From: Flavobacterium sp. | Lineage (GTDB): Bacteria; Bacteroidota; Bacteroidia; Flavobacteriales; Flavobacteriaceae | NCBI GenBank assembly: GCA_010365135.1 | Contig: JAAFGY010000001.1 | Span: 11,419-75,418 of the forward strand | Direction: 5' to 3' | DNA length: 64,000 nt | In this document: positions 29,033 to 37,851 of the stretch, one piece after another | Position numbering within the stretch: the first letter of the stretch is position 1 | Layout: each line of letters begins with the position of its first letter | Made by a program: the position numbers and the translations under genes | The notes under the pieces: generated by a model | The model's database searches: none | The model's input: only the letters and a program-made list of their open reading frames with translations | Told to the model about the DNA's origin: nothing

Positions 29033-30907
29033 CTATTTTATTTCATACGAATTATCGCTCTGTTTCACATCAGCCATTAATCCGCTTGGGTCGATGGTTA
29101 TTTTTTTTATGGTGGTTTTGTTTTTGGAAATGCTAAATTCATAGGTTGGATTTGCCCAAGTCCAATCATTCAAAACCGTTCTTTTAATTGTTGGATTTGG
29201 GTTTTCTTTCTCAAAACTCATCATTCGCAGCGGAATGTAAAAACTTTCTTTTGTGCCATCGGTATATTCAACCAAAATGTCGATAGGCATTGGCATTCGA
29301 CCGATTCTTTCTAACGTAATTTTAGAAGAATTTCCATCTTCTTTAACGTCTTTAATTCCATAATCTATCGTGTTTGTAGTTTGTGTCCAATCGATTAAAT
29401 ACCAATCTAAATTGGCTCCCGAAACACGTTCGGCAGTTCTTTTAATATCATTTGGTGTTGGATGTTTGAATTTGAAATCTTGAAAATACTTTTTTAAGGT
29501 TTTAGCAACATTCTCTTTTCCAATAATATATTCTAATTGAGCCAAGAAAATTTCTCCTTTGCTGTAGGAAGAAATGCTATAAGGTCTGTTTTCGTCATAC
29601 CGATCTCCGTGAGTGGATTGTGGTTGTTCTTTGCCCGATTCCACAAGTTTATAATAGGCATTATAAGTTGGTTCGAATGGATTTTCTATCTTTTTAACTC
29701 TGATTTCATTCAGTGCCAAATCTTCGATATAAGAAGTAAATCCTTCGTCCATCCAAGGATGTTTGCTTTCATTGGAGGCTAAAATATGCTGAAACCAAGA
29801 ATGTCCCAACTCGTGTATTGCAGTTCCTAAAATTCCCTCCAGCTTTCCATTTCCAAGCATCAAAGTACACATGGCATATTCCATTCCGCCATCTCCACCT
29901 TGAATAAACGAATATTGTTTATAGGGATAATTGCCAACGGTTTTGTTATAAAAATCCATAACTTTTATCATCATTGGCTGCATGGCTTTCCAGTTGTCAA
30001 TAATTTTTGGATTATTTTTATAAAGAAAATGCAAATCGACATTATTGGGCCCTTTGACCACATCGTGAAGGTAATTTTTGTCAGCTGCCCAAGTAAAGTC
30101 GTGAACCATTGGCGCATAAAAATGCCACGTCAGGGTTTTAGCTTTCTTTGGATACGCAACAGTTATTCCGGCATCTTGATAACCGTAACCTATTTCATTT
30201 TTATTTTGCAAATAGCCCGAACCGCCTAAAATATATGCCGCATCAATCGTTATTTTTACATCAAAATTGCCCCAAACACCGTGAAATTCTCTTCCAATAT
30301 AAGGATCAGCGTGCCAACCTTCAAAATCGAATTCGGCCATCTTTGGATACCATTGCGCCATCGACAATTCGATTCCTTCAACATTATTTCTTCCCGAACG
30401 ACGAATCTGAACTGGAACTTGACCGTCAAAATCTAAGGTAAAAGTCGTTTTTGAATTGGGTAAAATGGGTTTTGCCAAAGTCACTTCTAGAATGGTTCCC
30501 ACTGTTTTTGCATTGGCAATAATGCCGTCTTGCTTGAAATTTGAAATCTTCAAATAACCAATTTCATCGGGTTTCAAGGATTTTATTCGGCTTTCTTTTA
30601 TTTCTTTGCCATCCACTTTTATTTTATTGAACATTCTAGAATCTGGATCTTTGATACTTTGAATTCTGGCGTCCATTTCGCTTCCTGGTTGAAACGCATT
30701 GTTGTACAAATGATAAAAAACACGTTTCAAAGTATCTGGCGAATTATTGGTGTAGACCAATTCCTGTTTGCCTTTGTATTGGTAATTTTTGACGTTCATT
30801 ACAACGTCCATTCTATAATCGACATGCTGTTGCCAATAGCCTGAACTTTGGGCAAACAGATTTCCAAAACTCAGTGAAATTAAAATAAATAAAAGTATTT
30901 TTTTCAT
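29033..30907 (-). CDS. Exported M1-family aminopeptidase
   Basis: GGMEY exopeptidase motif; HELGH-X18-E zinc motif. Confidence 0.9.
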   Translation of the reverse strand: MKKILLFILISLSFGNLFAQSSGYWQQHVDYRMDVVMNVKNYQYKGKQELVYTNNSPDTLKRVFYHLYNNAFQPGSEMDARIQSIKDPDSRMFNKIKVDGKEIKESRIKSLKPDEIGYLKISNFKQDGIIANAKTVGTILEVTLAKPILPNSKTTFTLDFDGQVPVQIRRSGRNNVEGIELSMAQWYPKMAEFDFEGWHADPYIGREFHGVWGNFDVKITIDAAYILGGSGYLQNKNEIGYGYQDAGITVAYPKKAKTLTWHFYAPMVHDFTWAADKNYLHDVVKGPNNVDLHFLYKNNPKIIDNWKAMQPMMIKVMDFYNKTVGNYPYKQYSFIQGGDGGMEYAMCTLMLGNGKLEGILGTAIHELGHSWFQHILASNESKHPWMDEGFTSYIEDLALNEIRVKKIENPFEPTYNAYYKLVESGKEQPQSTHGDRYDENRPYSISSYSKGEIFLAQLEYIIGKENVAKTLKKYFQDFKFKHPTPNDIKRTAERVSGANLDWYLIDWTQTTNTIDYGIKDVKEDGNSSKITLERIGRMPMPIDILVEYTDGTKESFYIPLRMMSFEKENPNPTIKRTVLNDWTWANPTYEFSISKNKTTIKKITIDPSGLMADVKQSDNSYEIK

Positions 30908-30921
30908 AATTGATTAAACAG

Positions 30922-30953
30922 AAAATGGAAGGGAGAAAAATCCCTTCCATTTT
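30922..30953 (-). terminator. Hairpin between the S8 and M1 genes
   Basis: AAAATGGAAGGGA-N6-TCCCTTCCATTTT. Confidence 0.6.
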
Positions 30954-30974
30954 ATAATTAAAAACAAATTGGTG

Positions 30975-32600
30975 TTATTTTGACATTCTTTCGGCCATTA
31001 ACAAAGCGTTGTAGGCATTGACGATTTTTCCTGATTTAGACAAATTGGCAAAAGGACGCACATCAATTGGTTTTCCGCCAACAATAACGTCAGTGGTGAT
31101 TGCAATTCCCGAATCCATCAAAATGTGTTTTACTTGTTTCGCTGATAATTTTGGATAATAAGAGCGAATTAATGCGGCAACTCCAGCAACATTTGGTGAT
31201 GCCATTGACGTTCCTTGCAAAAATTTATAAGTGTTGTTGGGTGTTGAAGCATAAATTTTTACACCAGGAGCAAAAACGTCTACATTAAGTTTTCCAATGT
31301 TAGAAAATCTTGCCACTATTGTATTTCCATATTCATAATTTAAAGCGCCAACTGTGATTAAATTATCGGCAAATTCTGTTTTTTTATCGTCAGAGTCGTT
31401 TGGAAAATTATTTTCATAATCGATATCTTTTGCATCATTTCCTGCAGCGTGAACGATTAAAACATCTTTGCTTTCGGCGTATTTTATAGCATCATAAACC
31501 CATTGTTTGTGTGGAGAAAAACTTTTTCCAAAACTTCCGTTGATTACTTTTGCTCCATTATCCACTGCATAACGAATACCAAGAGCAATATCTTTGTCGT
31601 ATTCGTCTCCGTCGGGAACTGCTCGAACAACTAGGATTTCGACATTGTCGGCAATTCCGTCTCCGCCAATATTGTTAGATCTTACTTGTGCCACAATTCC
31701 CGCAACGTGAGTTCCGTGAAGAATTTGCTCCTTATCTAGACTAATCCCCATAACATTATTATTACCATATTTGGTATCAGCAAAATCGTCTGGATTGTCT
31801 CCTACAACTTTTCTGTAATTTGTTTTAAGATTGTCACCATTTATTACACTATTATATCCCTCCAGTTCTTTTTGAACTGCCGTTTTAAATTCTGACACAG
31901 TCATTCCGAAAGAATTTACACGTTGAATCATATGTTTACTTTTCGAAATTTCAGCATCTTGAGAAGTAATAGCATTGACTTCTTCGACAGAATAGCCCGT
32001 TTTGCCTAAATATTTCGTCAAAACAATATCCGCTTTCGAAGCATTTGATAACATTTCTTCTAAACTGGCTTTTCCGTTAATAGATGTTGCAATTTTTTTG
32101 TCATTCAAAGCTTTTGCTTCATTATATGTTTTTTCATCCACAAGGCTTTTGTTGGCAATAATTCTCTCGTATTCTATATTTTCTTTCGTGATATCGCCTA
32201 GAAAATTCCAACCGTGAATATCGTCTATATATCCATTTTTATCATCATCAATTCCGTTAGCGGGTATCTCTTTTTTGTTGGTCCAAATAACGGATTTCAA
32301 ATCTTCTTGTTCTATGTCAACACCTGAATCTACGATTCCTACGATTACTTTCTTACTTTTTTTGTTTTTCAACAATTCCGCATACGCTTTGTCCACACTC
32401 ATTCCTGGAATGGTGTCTTTTACAAGATCTAAATGACTCCAGCGTTTTAAGTCACTTTCACTAATTGGAGCCTTTTTTCGAACATTTACTGGCGCGGTTT
32501 CATATAATAAAGTAGTGTTAGAAGCAGATTTTGATGCGCCACAACTAGCCAAAACTAGAACTGCAAAACCAGAAATTACAATAGATTTAAAATTATTCAT
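30975..32600 (-). CDS. S8 subtilisin-like lipoprotein peptidase
   Basis: Lipobox LASC; triad GIVDSG, HGTHVAG, GTSMASP; AAGN oxyanion motif. Confidence 0.92.
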   Translation of the reverse strand: MNNFKSIVISGFAVLVLASCGASKSASNTTLLYETAPVNVRKKAPISESDLKRWSHLDLVKDTIPGMSVDKAYAELLKNKKSKKVIVGIVDSGVDIEQEDLKSVIWTNKKEIPANGIDDDKNGYIDDIHGWNFLGDITKENIEYERIIANKSLVDEKTYNEAKALNDKKIATSINGKASLEEMLSNASKADIVLTKYLGKTGYSVEEVNAITSQDAEISKSKHMIQRVNSFGMTVSEFKTAVQKELEGYNSVINGDNLKTNYRKVVGDNPDDFADTKYGNNNVMGISLDKEQILHGTHVAGIVAQVRSNNIGGDGIADNVEILVVRAVPDGDEYDKDIALGIRYAVDNGAKVINGSFGKSFSPHKQWVYDAIKYAESKDVLIVHAAGNDAKDIDYENNFPNDSDDKKTEFADNLITVGALNYEYGNTIVARFSNIGKLNVDVFAPGVKIYASTPNNTYKFLQGTSMASPNVAGVAALIRSYYPKLSAKQVKHILMDSGIAITTDVIVGGKPIDVRPFANLSKSGKIVNAYNALLMAERMSK

Positions 32601-32675
32601 TGACTATTTTTTAAGAATTTAATTTTTTTTCAAAAGTATGTTGTTTTTTGTAAATAGAACTATAATTAACACTAA

Positions 32676-33533
32676 TTAAAGAATTTCATCACAACTAAAT
32701 ACCTCTTTCAACCGAACACCTCTTTCCGTTTTTTCGACCGTGATGATTTGATGGTGAGCATCGTGTTCCAAAAATAAATAATAATTATTCTCGGCTGCAG
32801 CAGTAAGAAATTTAGTTTTTTCAGGCATTGTCAACAGGGGTCTGGTGTCGTAACCCATCACATACGGAATGGGAATGTGTCCGGCTGTGGCCAATAAATC
32901 TGCACAAAAAACAATCGTTTTATCCTGGTATTGAATGTGCGGAATCATCATTTTTTCGGTGTGACCGTTTACAAAGAAAACCCCAAAATCGAGTTCCGAT
33001 TTTTCGACAAAATCACCTTCAGGTAAGTGTATAAAATTCAATTGTCCGCTTTCTTCAATGGGCAAAATATTTTCTGAAAGGAAGGAAGCTTTTTCGCGAA
33101 GATTGGGTTTTGTAGCCCATTCCCAATGGTTTTCGTTGGTCCAATATTTGGCATTTTTAAACGCAATTTCATAGCCCGTTTTGTCCTTGTTCCATTGCAC
33201 ACTTCCACCACAATGATCAAAATGAAGGTGTGTCAAAAAAACATCAGTAATATCATCACGGTGAAAACCGTATTTGGCCAACGAATTATCCAAAGAATGT
33301 GTTCCCCAAAGTGAATAATAGCCAAAAAACTTCTCGGATTGTTTATCTCCCATTCCGTTATCAATCAAAATAAGACGATTTCCATCTTCGATGAGCAAAC
33401 ATCTTGCAGCAAGATCAATTAAATTTTTTTCGTCGGCTGGATTGGTTTTGTTCCAAATTGTCTTTGGGACAACGCCAAACATTGCGCCACCATCAAGCTT
33501 AAAATTTCCAGTTTCGATAGGATATAATTTCAT
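32676..33533 (-). CDS. MBL-fold metallo-hydrolase (YtnP-like)
   Basis: FKLDGGAMFGVVP; THLHFDHCGG; start MKLYPIETG at 33533. Confidence 0.9.
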   Translation of the reverse strand: MKLYPIETGNFKLDGGAMFGVVPKTIWNKTNPADEKNLIDLAARCLLIEDGNRLILIDNGMGDKQSEKFFGYYSLWGTHSLDNSLAKYGFHRDDITDVFLTHLHFDHCGGSVQWNKDKTGYEIAFKNAKYWTNENHWEWATKPNLREKASFLSENILPIEESGQLNFIHLPEGDFVEKSELDFGVFFVNGHTEKMMIPHIQYQDKTIVFCADLLATAGHIPIPYVMGYDTRPLLTMPEKTKFLTAAAENNYYLFLEHDAHHQIITVEKTERGVRLKEVFSCDEIL

Positions 33534-33641
33534 AAATTGTTTTGTGTAATCAATAGGAAACAAAGTTAGGAAATACATTTACTTATAAACGAAGGCAAAT
33601 CAACTTTTTCTATCCCGTTATAGTTATAATAATGTTATATG

Positions 33642-33673
33642 TTTGACAAAAAGCATTAAATGTAATATCTTTG
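33642..33673 (+). promoter_or_regulatory. Complete sigma-A promoter of the suf cluster
   Basis: TTTG (33642-45), 20-nt spacer, TATCTTTG (33666-73). Confidence 0.72.
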
Positions 33674-33677
33674 CCCT

Positions 33678-33700
33678 TTATTTAGACAAATTCTACATAA
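33678..33700. promoter_or_regulatory. Candidate palindromic operator upstream of sufA
   Basis: TTATTTAGA-CAAAT-TCTACATAA; matches the site before sufS. Confidence 0.6.
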
Positions 33701-33703
33701 GCT

Positions 33704-34033
33704 ATGATTAAAGTTTCTGATACTGCCAAAAAGAAAATCATCGATTTAATGAAAGACGATGGTTTCGATGCTGCAATAGATTACGTGAGAGTAGGCGTAA
33801 AAAGTGGTGGATGCTCCGGATTGTCTTACGATTTAAAGTTTGACAAAAACAAAGGCCAAGACGATAAAATTTTTGTGGACAACGATATAACAATTGCCGT
33901 GGAGAAAAAATCATTCCTCTACTTAGCCGGAACAATTCTCGAATTTTCTGGAGGATTAAACGGAAAAGGGTTTGTTTTCAATAACCCCAATGCGAGCAGA
34001 ACTTGTGGATGCGGAGAGAGTTTCTCACTTTAA
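33704..34033 (+). CDS. sufA: A-type Fe-S carrier (SufA/IscA, HesB family)
   Basis: SGGCSGLSY and CGCGESF motifs. Confidence 0.9.
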   Translation: MIKVSDTAKKKIIDLMKDDGFDAAIDYVRVGVKSGGCSGLSYDLKFDKNKGQDDKIFVDNDITIAVEKKSFLYLAGTILEFSGGLNGKGFVFNNPNASRTCGCGESFSL

Positions 34034-34034
34034 A

Positions 34035-34117
34035 ATTAAATGATTGAAAAATTTAAAGATTTAAAGAGCTTCTAGCAGTTTAATTTTTCAATTTTTCAAT
34101 TTTTAAATCTTTTAATA
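34035..34117. repeat. Octamer-periodic inverted array between sufA and sufB
   Basis: Left arm ATTAAATG ATTGAAAA ATTTAAAG ATTTAAAG; complementary TTTCAAT/TTTAAAT units on the right. Confidence 0.7.
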
Positions 34118-34129
34118 TTAAAAAAGAAT

Positions 34130-35578
34130 ATGTCAAAATACACCGAAGACCATTTACGAGTTGAACTCGAAAGCAAAGAATACGAGTACGGATTTTATAC
34201 AGATATAGAGTCGGATACTTTCCCCATTGGTTTGAACGAGGACATTGTTCGGGCCATTTCCCACCGAAAAGAAGAACCGCAATGGATGACGGATTGGCGC
34301 ATCGAAGCTTTTCGCGCTTGGGAAAATATGATGGAGCCAGAATGGGCGAATGTTCAATATATAAAACCCGATTTTCAAGCTATTTCCTATTATTCAGCAC
34401 CAAAGAAAATCGATCCCAGTAAATCATTAGACGACGTCGATCCTGAACTTTTAGAAATGTACAAAAAGTTAGGAATATCTGTAGATGAACAAAAAATGAT
34501 GAATAATGTGGCAATGGATATTGTCGTCGATTCGGTTTCAGTAGCGACGACATTTAAAAAAACATTAGGCGAGAAAGGTATTATTTTTATGAGTATTTCC
34601 GAAGCCATTAAGGAACATCCTGAATTAGTCCGAAAACATCTTGGAACTGTTGTGCCTCAAAAAGATAATTTTTATGCAGCATTAAATTCAGCTGTTTTTT
34701 CTGATGGAAGTTTCTGTTATATTCCAAAAGGCATTCGCTGTCCAATGGAACTTTCCACTTATTTTCGTATCAATCAGGCAGGAACTGGACAGTTTGAAAG
34801 AACATTACTTATTGCTGACGAAGGTAGTTATGTTTCATATCTTGAAGGCTGTACCGCGCCAAGTCGCGACGAAAATCAGTTGCACGCAGCAGTTGTTGAA
34901 CTTATCGCAATGGACGGTGCGGAAATTAAATATTCAACCGTTCAAAACTGGTATCCTGGAAACAAGGAAGGAAAGGGTGGCGTTTTTAATTTTGTGACCA
35001 AAAGAGGCTTGTGCGAGAAAAACGCAAAAATTTCTTGGACACAAGTCGAAACAGGTTCTGCCGTAACGTGGAAATATCCTTCTTGTATATTGAAAGGCGA
35101 TAATTCTGTTGGTGAATTTTATTCAATTGCCGTTACCAATAATTTCCAGCAAGCCGATACCGGAACCAAGATGATTCACCTTGGAAAAAACACCAAATCA
35201 ACGATTATTTCTAAAGGAATCTCGGCAGGTAAGTCACACAATAGTTATCGAGGATTAGTAAAAGTTGGTCCCAATGCAGATAATGCAAGGAATTTTTCAC
35301 AATGCGATTCGCTGTTGATGGGAAATAATTGCAGCGCCAATACTTTTCCCTACATCGAAAGCAAAAATCCATCGGCCAAAATAGAGCACGAAGCTACGAC
35401 GAGTAAAATTGGCGAAGACCAAGTTTTCTATTGCAACCAACGAGGAATTCCAACCGAAAAAGCCATCGCCTTAATCGTAAATGGTTTTAGTAAAGACGTT
35501 TTGAACAAATTGCCCATGGAATTTGCCGTGGAAGCCCAGAAATTATTGGAAATATCTTTAGAAGGTTCTGTTGGATAA
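34130..35578 (+). CDS. sufB: Fe-S cluster assembly protein SufB
   Basis: [45 protein letters not shown] motifs. Confidence 0.98.
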   Translation: MSKYTEDHLRVELESKEYEYGFYTDIESDTFPIGLNEDIVRAISHRKEEPQWMTDWRIEAFRAWENMMEPEWANVQYIKPDFQAISYYSAPKKIDPSKSLDDVDPELLEMYKKLGISVDEQKMMNNVAMDIVVDSVSVATTFKKTLGEKGIIFMSISEAIKEHPELVRKHLGTVVPQKDNFYAALNSAVFSDGSFCYIPKGIRCPMELSTYFRINQAGTGQFERTLLIADEGSYVSYLEGCTAPSRDENQLHAAVVELIAMDGAEIKYSTVQNWYPGNKEGKGGVFNFVTKRGLCEKNAKISWTQVETGSAVTWKYPSCILKGDNSVGEFYSIAVTNNFQQADTGTKMIHLGKNTKSTIISKGISAGKSHNSYRGLVKVGPNADNARNFSQCDSLLMGNNCSANTFPYIESKNPSAKIEHEATTSKIGEDQVFYCNQRGIPTEKAIALIVNGFSKDVLNKLPMEFAVEAQKLLEISLEGSVG

Positions 35579-35618
35579 TTTTTGTAAATTTGAAGAAACA
35601 ATGTAAATTAAGATTGTT

Positions 35619-35813
35619 ATGGAACTCATTTTAAAAAACGTTAAGAAAAAAGATTTACCTGTACTGAAATCTTTGGCAAAATCATTGGGTTTTGAAATTG
35701 AAAAAGAAGAAAAACCGTATAATCCAGAATTTGTAAAAGAAATTTTGGAGGCTGAACAAAGCATCAAAGATGGAAAAGGAGTTAAAATCAAATTAGAAGA
35801 TTTGTGGAAGTAA
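35619..35813 (+). CDS. Putative antitoxin (DUF2683-like)
   Basis: 64 aa; EKPYNPEFVKEILEAE...LEDLWK; overlaps the toxin start by 10 nt. Confidence 0.75.
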   Translation: MELILKNVKKKDLPVLKSLAKSLGFEIEKEEKPYNPEFVKEILEAEQSIKDGKGVKIKLEDLWK

Positions 35814-36076
35814 TTTATTCAGAAAAAGCTCAAAAAGATAGAGATTTTTGGAAAAAATCTGGAAATAAAGCAATAATGAATAAAATATCTGCTTTAATTA
35901 AAGATATTACCTTGCATCCTTTTGAAGGAATTGGAAAACCCGAGCCTTTAAAATATCATTTGACTGGTCGTTGGTCAAGAAGAATTAATCACGAACATCG
36001 GATTATTTATAAAGTTACCGAAAAAAACACAATTGAGATATTAGACATTTTATCATTAAAAGGGCATTACGAATAA
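35804..36076 (+). CDS. yoeB: Txe/YoeB-family toxin (GTG start)
   Basis: PFEGIGKPEPLKY, WSRRINHEHRIIY, C-terminal KGHYE. Confidence 0.93.
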   Translation: MEVIYSEKAQKDRDFWKKSGNKAIMNKISALIKDITLHPFEGIGKPEPLKYHLTGRWSRRINHEHRIIYKVTEKNTIEILDILSLKGHYE

Positions 36077-36083
36077 TTTTTTA

Positions 36084-36572
36084 ATGAAAAACACAACAGT
36101 AATCATCGTAGGAACTTCTCGAAACAACGGAAATACCACAAAAATAGCCGCTGAAATTGCAAATCAATATGCTATTGATGTAATTAATTTGAATGATTAT
36201 CAATTTTCATATTATGATTATGAAGGCAAAAATAGAGACGATGATTTTCAACCTTTAATAAAATCGATAATAGAAAAATACGACACTGTAATTTTTGCCA
36301 CACCCAATTATTGGTATAATATGAGTGGGATTATGAAGGTTTTTTTCGATAGATGTACAGATATAATTCTAATCGAAAAAGAGACCGGAAAAAGTCTTAA
36401 AGGAAAAAAATGTGCCGTGATTTCAAATTCTCATACAGATGAAATGGAGTCAGACTTTTATATTCCTTTTCGAAAATCGGCCGAATATTTAGGAATGAAA
36501 TACATAGGAAATGCTCATTTTAACGCAGATAAATTTAACCTAAAAGATAAAATAGAATTAGCTTTTATATAA
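36084..36572 (+). CDS. Flavodoxin-family protein / NADPH-dependent FMN reductase
   Basis: GTSRNNGNT and ATPNYWYNMSGIMKVFFDR motifs. Confidence 0.85.
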   Translation: MKNTTVIIVGTSRNNGNTTKIAAEIANQYAIDVINLNDYQFSYYDYEGKNRDDDFQPLIKSIIEKYDTVIFATPNYWYNMSGIMKVFFDRCTDIILIEKETGKSLKGKKCAVISNSHTDEMESDFYIPFRKSAEYLGMKYIGNAHFNADKFNLKDKIELAFI

Positions 36573-36583
36573 AATAAAAAACA

Positions 36584-37339
36584 ATGTTATCAATAAAAAA
36601 TCTACACGCCTCTATTGGAGGAGATAAAGAAATATTAAAAGGAATTAACCTTGAAGTTAAAGCGGGAGAAATCCATGCGATTATGGGGCCAAATGGTGCC
36701 GGAAAAAGTACTCTTGCTTCAATTATTGCGGGAAACGAAAACTACGAAGTGACCCAGGGAGAAATCTTTTTGGACGGCGAAGATATTTCAGAATTGGCCC
36801 CCGAAGAAAGAGCCCACAAAGGGGTTTTCCTTTCGTTCCAATATCCTGTTGAAATTCCTGGAGTTTCGGTAACCAACTTTATGAGAACGGCAATCAACGA
36901 AACTCGTAAGGCCAATAAACTCGAAGAAATGCCAGCAAATGAAATGCTGAAATTCATTCGCGAAAAATCGGAATTACTGGAAATTGACCGTAAATTTTTG
37001 TCTCGTTCGTTAAATGAAGGGTTTTCTGGTGGCGAGAAAAAACGCAACGAAATTTTCCAAATGGCAATGCTAGAACCAAAACTCGCCATCCTTGACGAAA
37101 CCGATTCTGGATTAGATATTGATGCTTTGAGAATCGTTGCCAATGGTGTAAACAAACTCAAAAGTGACAAAAACGCCATCATCGTAATCACGCATTACCA
37201 AAGACTTTTGGACTATATTGTTCCTAATTTTGTTCACGTTTTATACAATGGAAAAATTGTAAAATCCGGAGGAAAAGAATTGGCTTACGAACTCGAAGAA
37301 AAAGGTTACGACTGGATTAAACAAGAACAAGAAGCTTAA
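36584..37339 (+). CDS. sufC: Fe-S cluster assembly ATPase SufC
   Basis: [41 protein letters not shown] motifs. Confidence 0.97.
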   Translation: MLSIKNLHASIGGDKEILKGINLEVKAGEIHAIMGPNGAGKSTLASIIAGNENYEVTQGEIFLDGEDISELAPEERAHKGVFLSFQYPVEIPGVSVTNFMRTAINETRKANKLEEMPANEMLKFIREKSELLEIDRKFLSRSLNEGFSGGEKKRNEIFQMAMLEPKLAILDETDSGLDIDALRIVANGVNKLKSDKNAIIVITHYQRLLDYIVPNFVHVLYNGKIVKSGGKELAYELEEKGYDWIKQEQEA

Positions 37340-37343
37340 AAAT

Positions 37344-37373
37344 AGTCGAAAGTCGCAAGTCATAAAGTCAAAA
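37344..37373 (+). repeat. Left heptamer arm (AGTC family) of the four-helix-bundle cassette
   Basis: AGTC at 37344, 37351, 37358, 37366. Confidence 0.75.
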
Positions 37374-37385
37374 GAAAAAAATGGG

Positions 37386-37753
37386 ATGGGTAAATTTAGT
37401 TCTTTCGAAGAAATTAATTCTTGGCAAAAATCAAGGATATTCAACAAAAGAATATATCTAATTACAGAAACATCAAGTTTTAAAAAAGACTTTGATTTTG
37501 TTAGACAAATTAGACGAGCATCAATTTCAATATCATCAAATATAGCTGAAGGTTTTGAAAGAAATACAGATAAAGAGTTTGTATACTTTTTATATGTTGC
37601 AAAAGCTTCTGCGGGGGAAGTTAGCCCCAATTATATTTGGCATACGATTTAGAATACATAACAAAAGAAGATTTCGAAATATTATTAGAATCAGTAACAG
37701 AAATATCAAAATTGTTAAGTGGTTTTATAAAATATTTGAGTCTAAAGTCATAA
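37386..37753 (+). pseudogene. Four-helix-bundle protein (IVS-protein family) with a 1-nt frameshift
   Basis: DFVRQIRRASISISSNIAEGFER and YVAKASAGEV in one frame; QLYLAYDLEYITKEDFEILLESVTEISKLLSGFIKYLSLKS-stop(37753) continues in another frame from about 37625. Confidence 0.82.
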
Positions 37754-37768
37754 AGTAATTTTGCTTTT

Positions 37769-37844
37769 GACTTTCAGACTTGTAATAAACAAAATAGTTG
37801 ACAATCTTGAGTCTTTTGACTTTTGACATTCGACTTTAAGACTT
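37769..37844 (+). repeat. Right heptamer arm (GACT family) of the four-helix-bundle cassette
   Basis: GACT at 37769 and 37777; GAC at 37818, 37825, 37832, 37840. Confidence 0.75.
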
Positions 37845-37851
37845 AAATATA

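Noticed and set aside
37386-37753. Diversity-generating retroelement, suggested by the Avd-like fold
   Set aside because: No reverse transcriptase and no template/variable repeat pair in the window.
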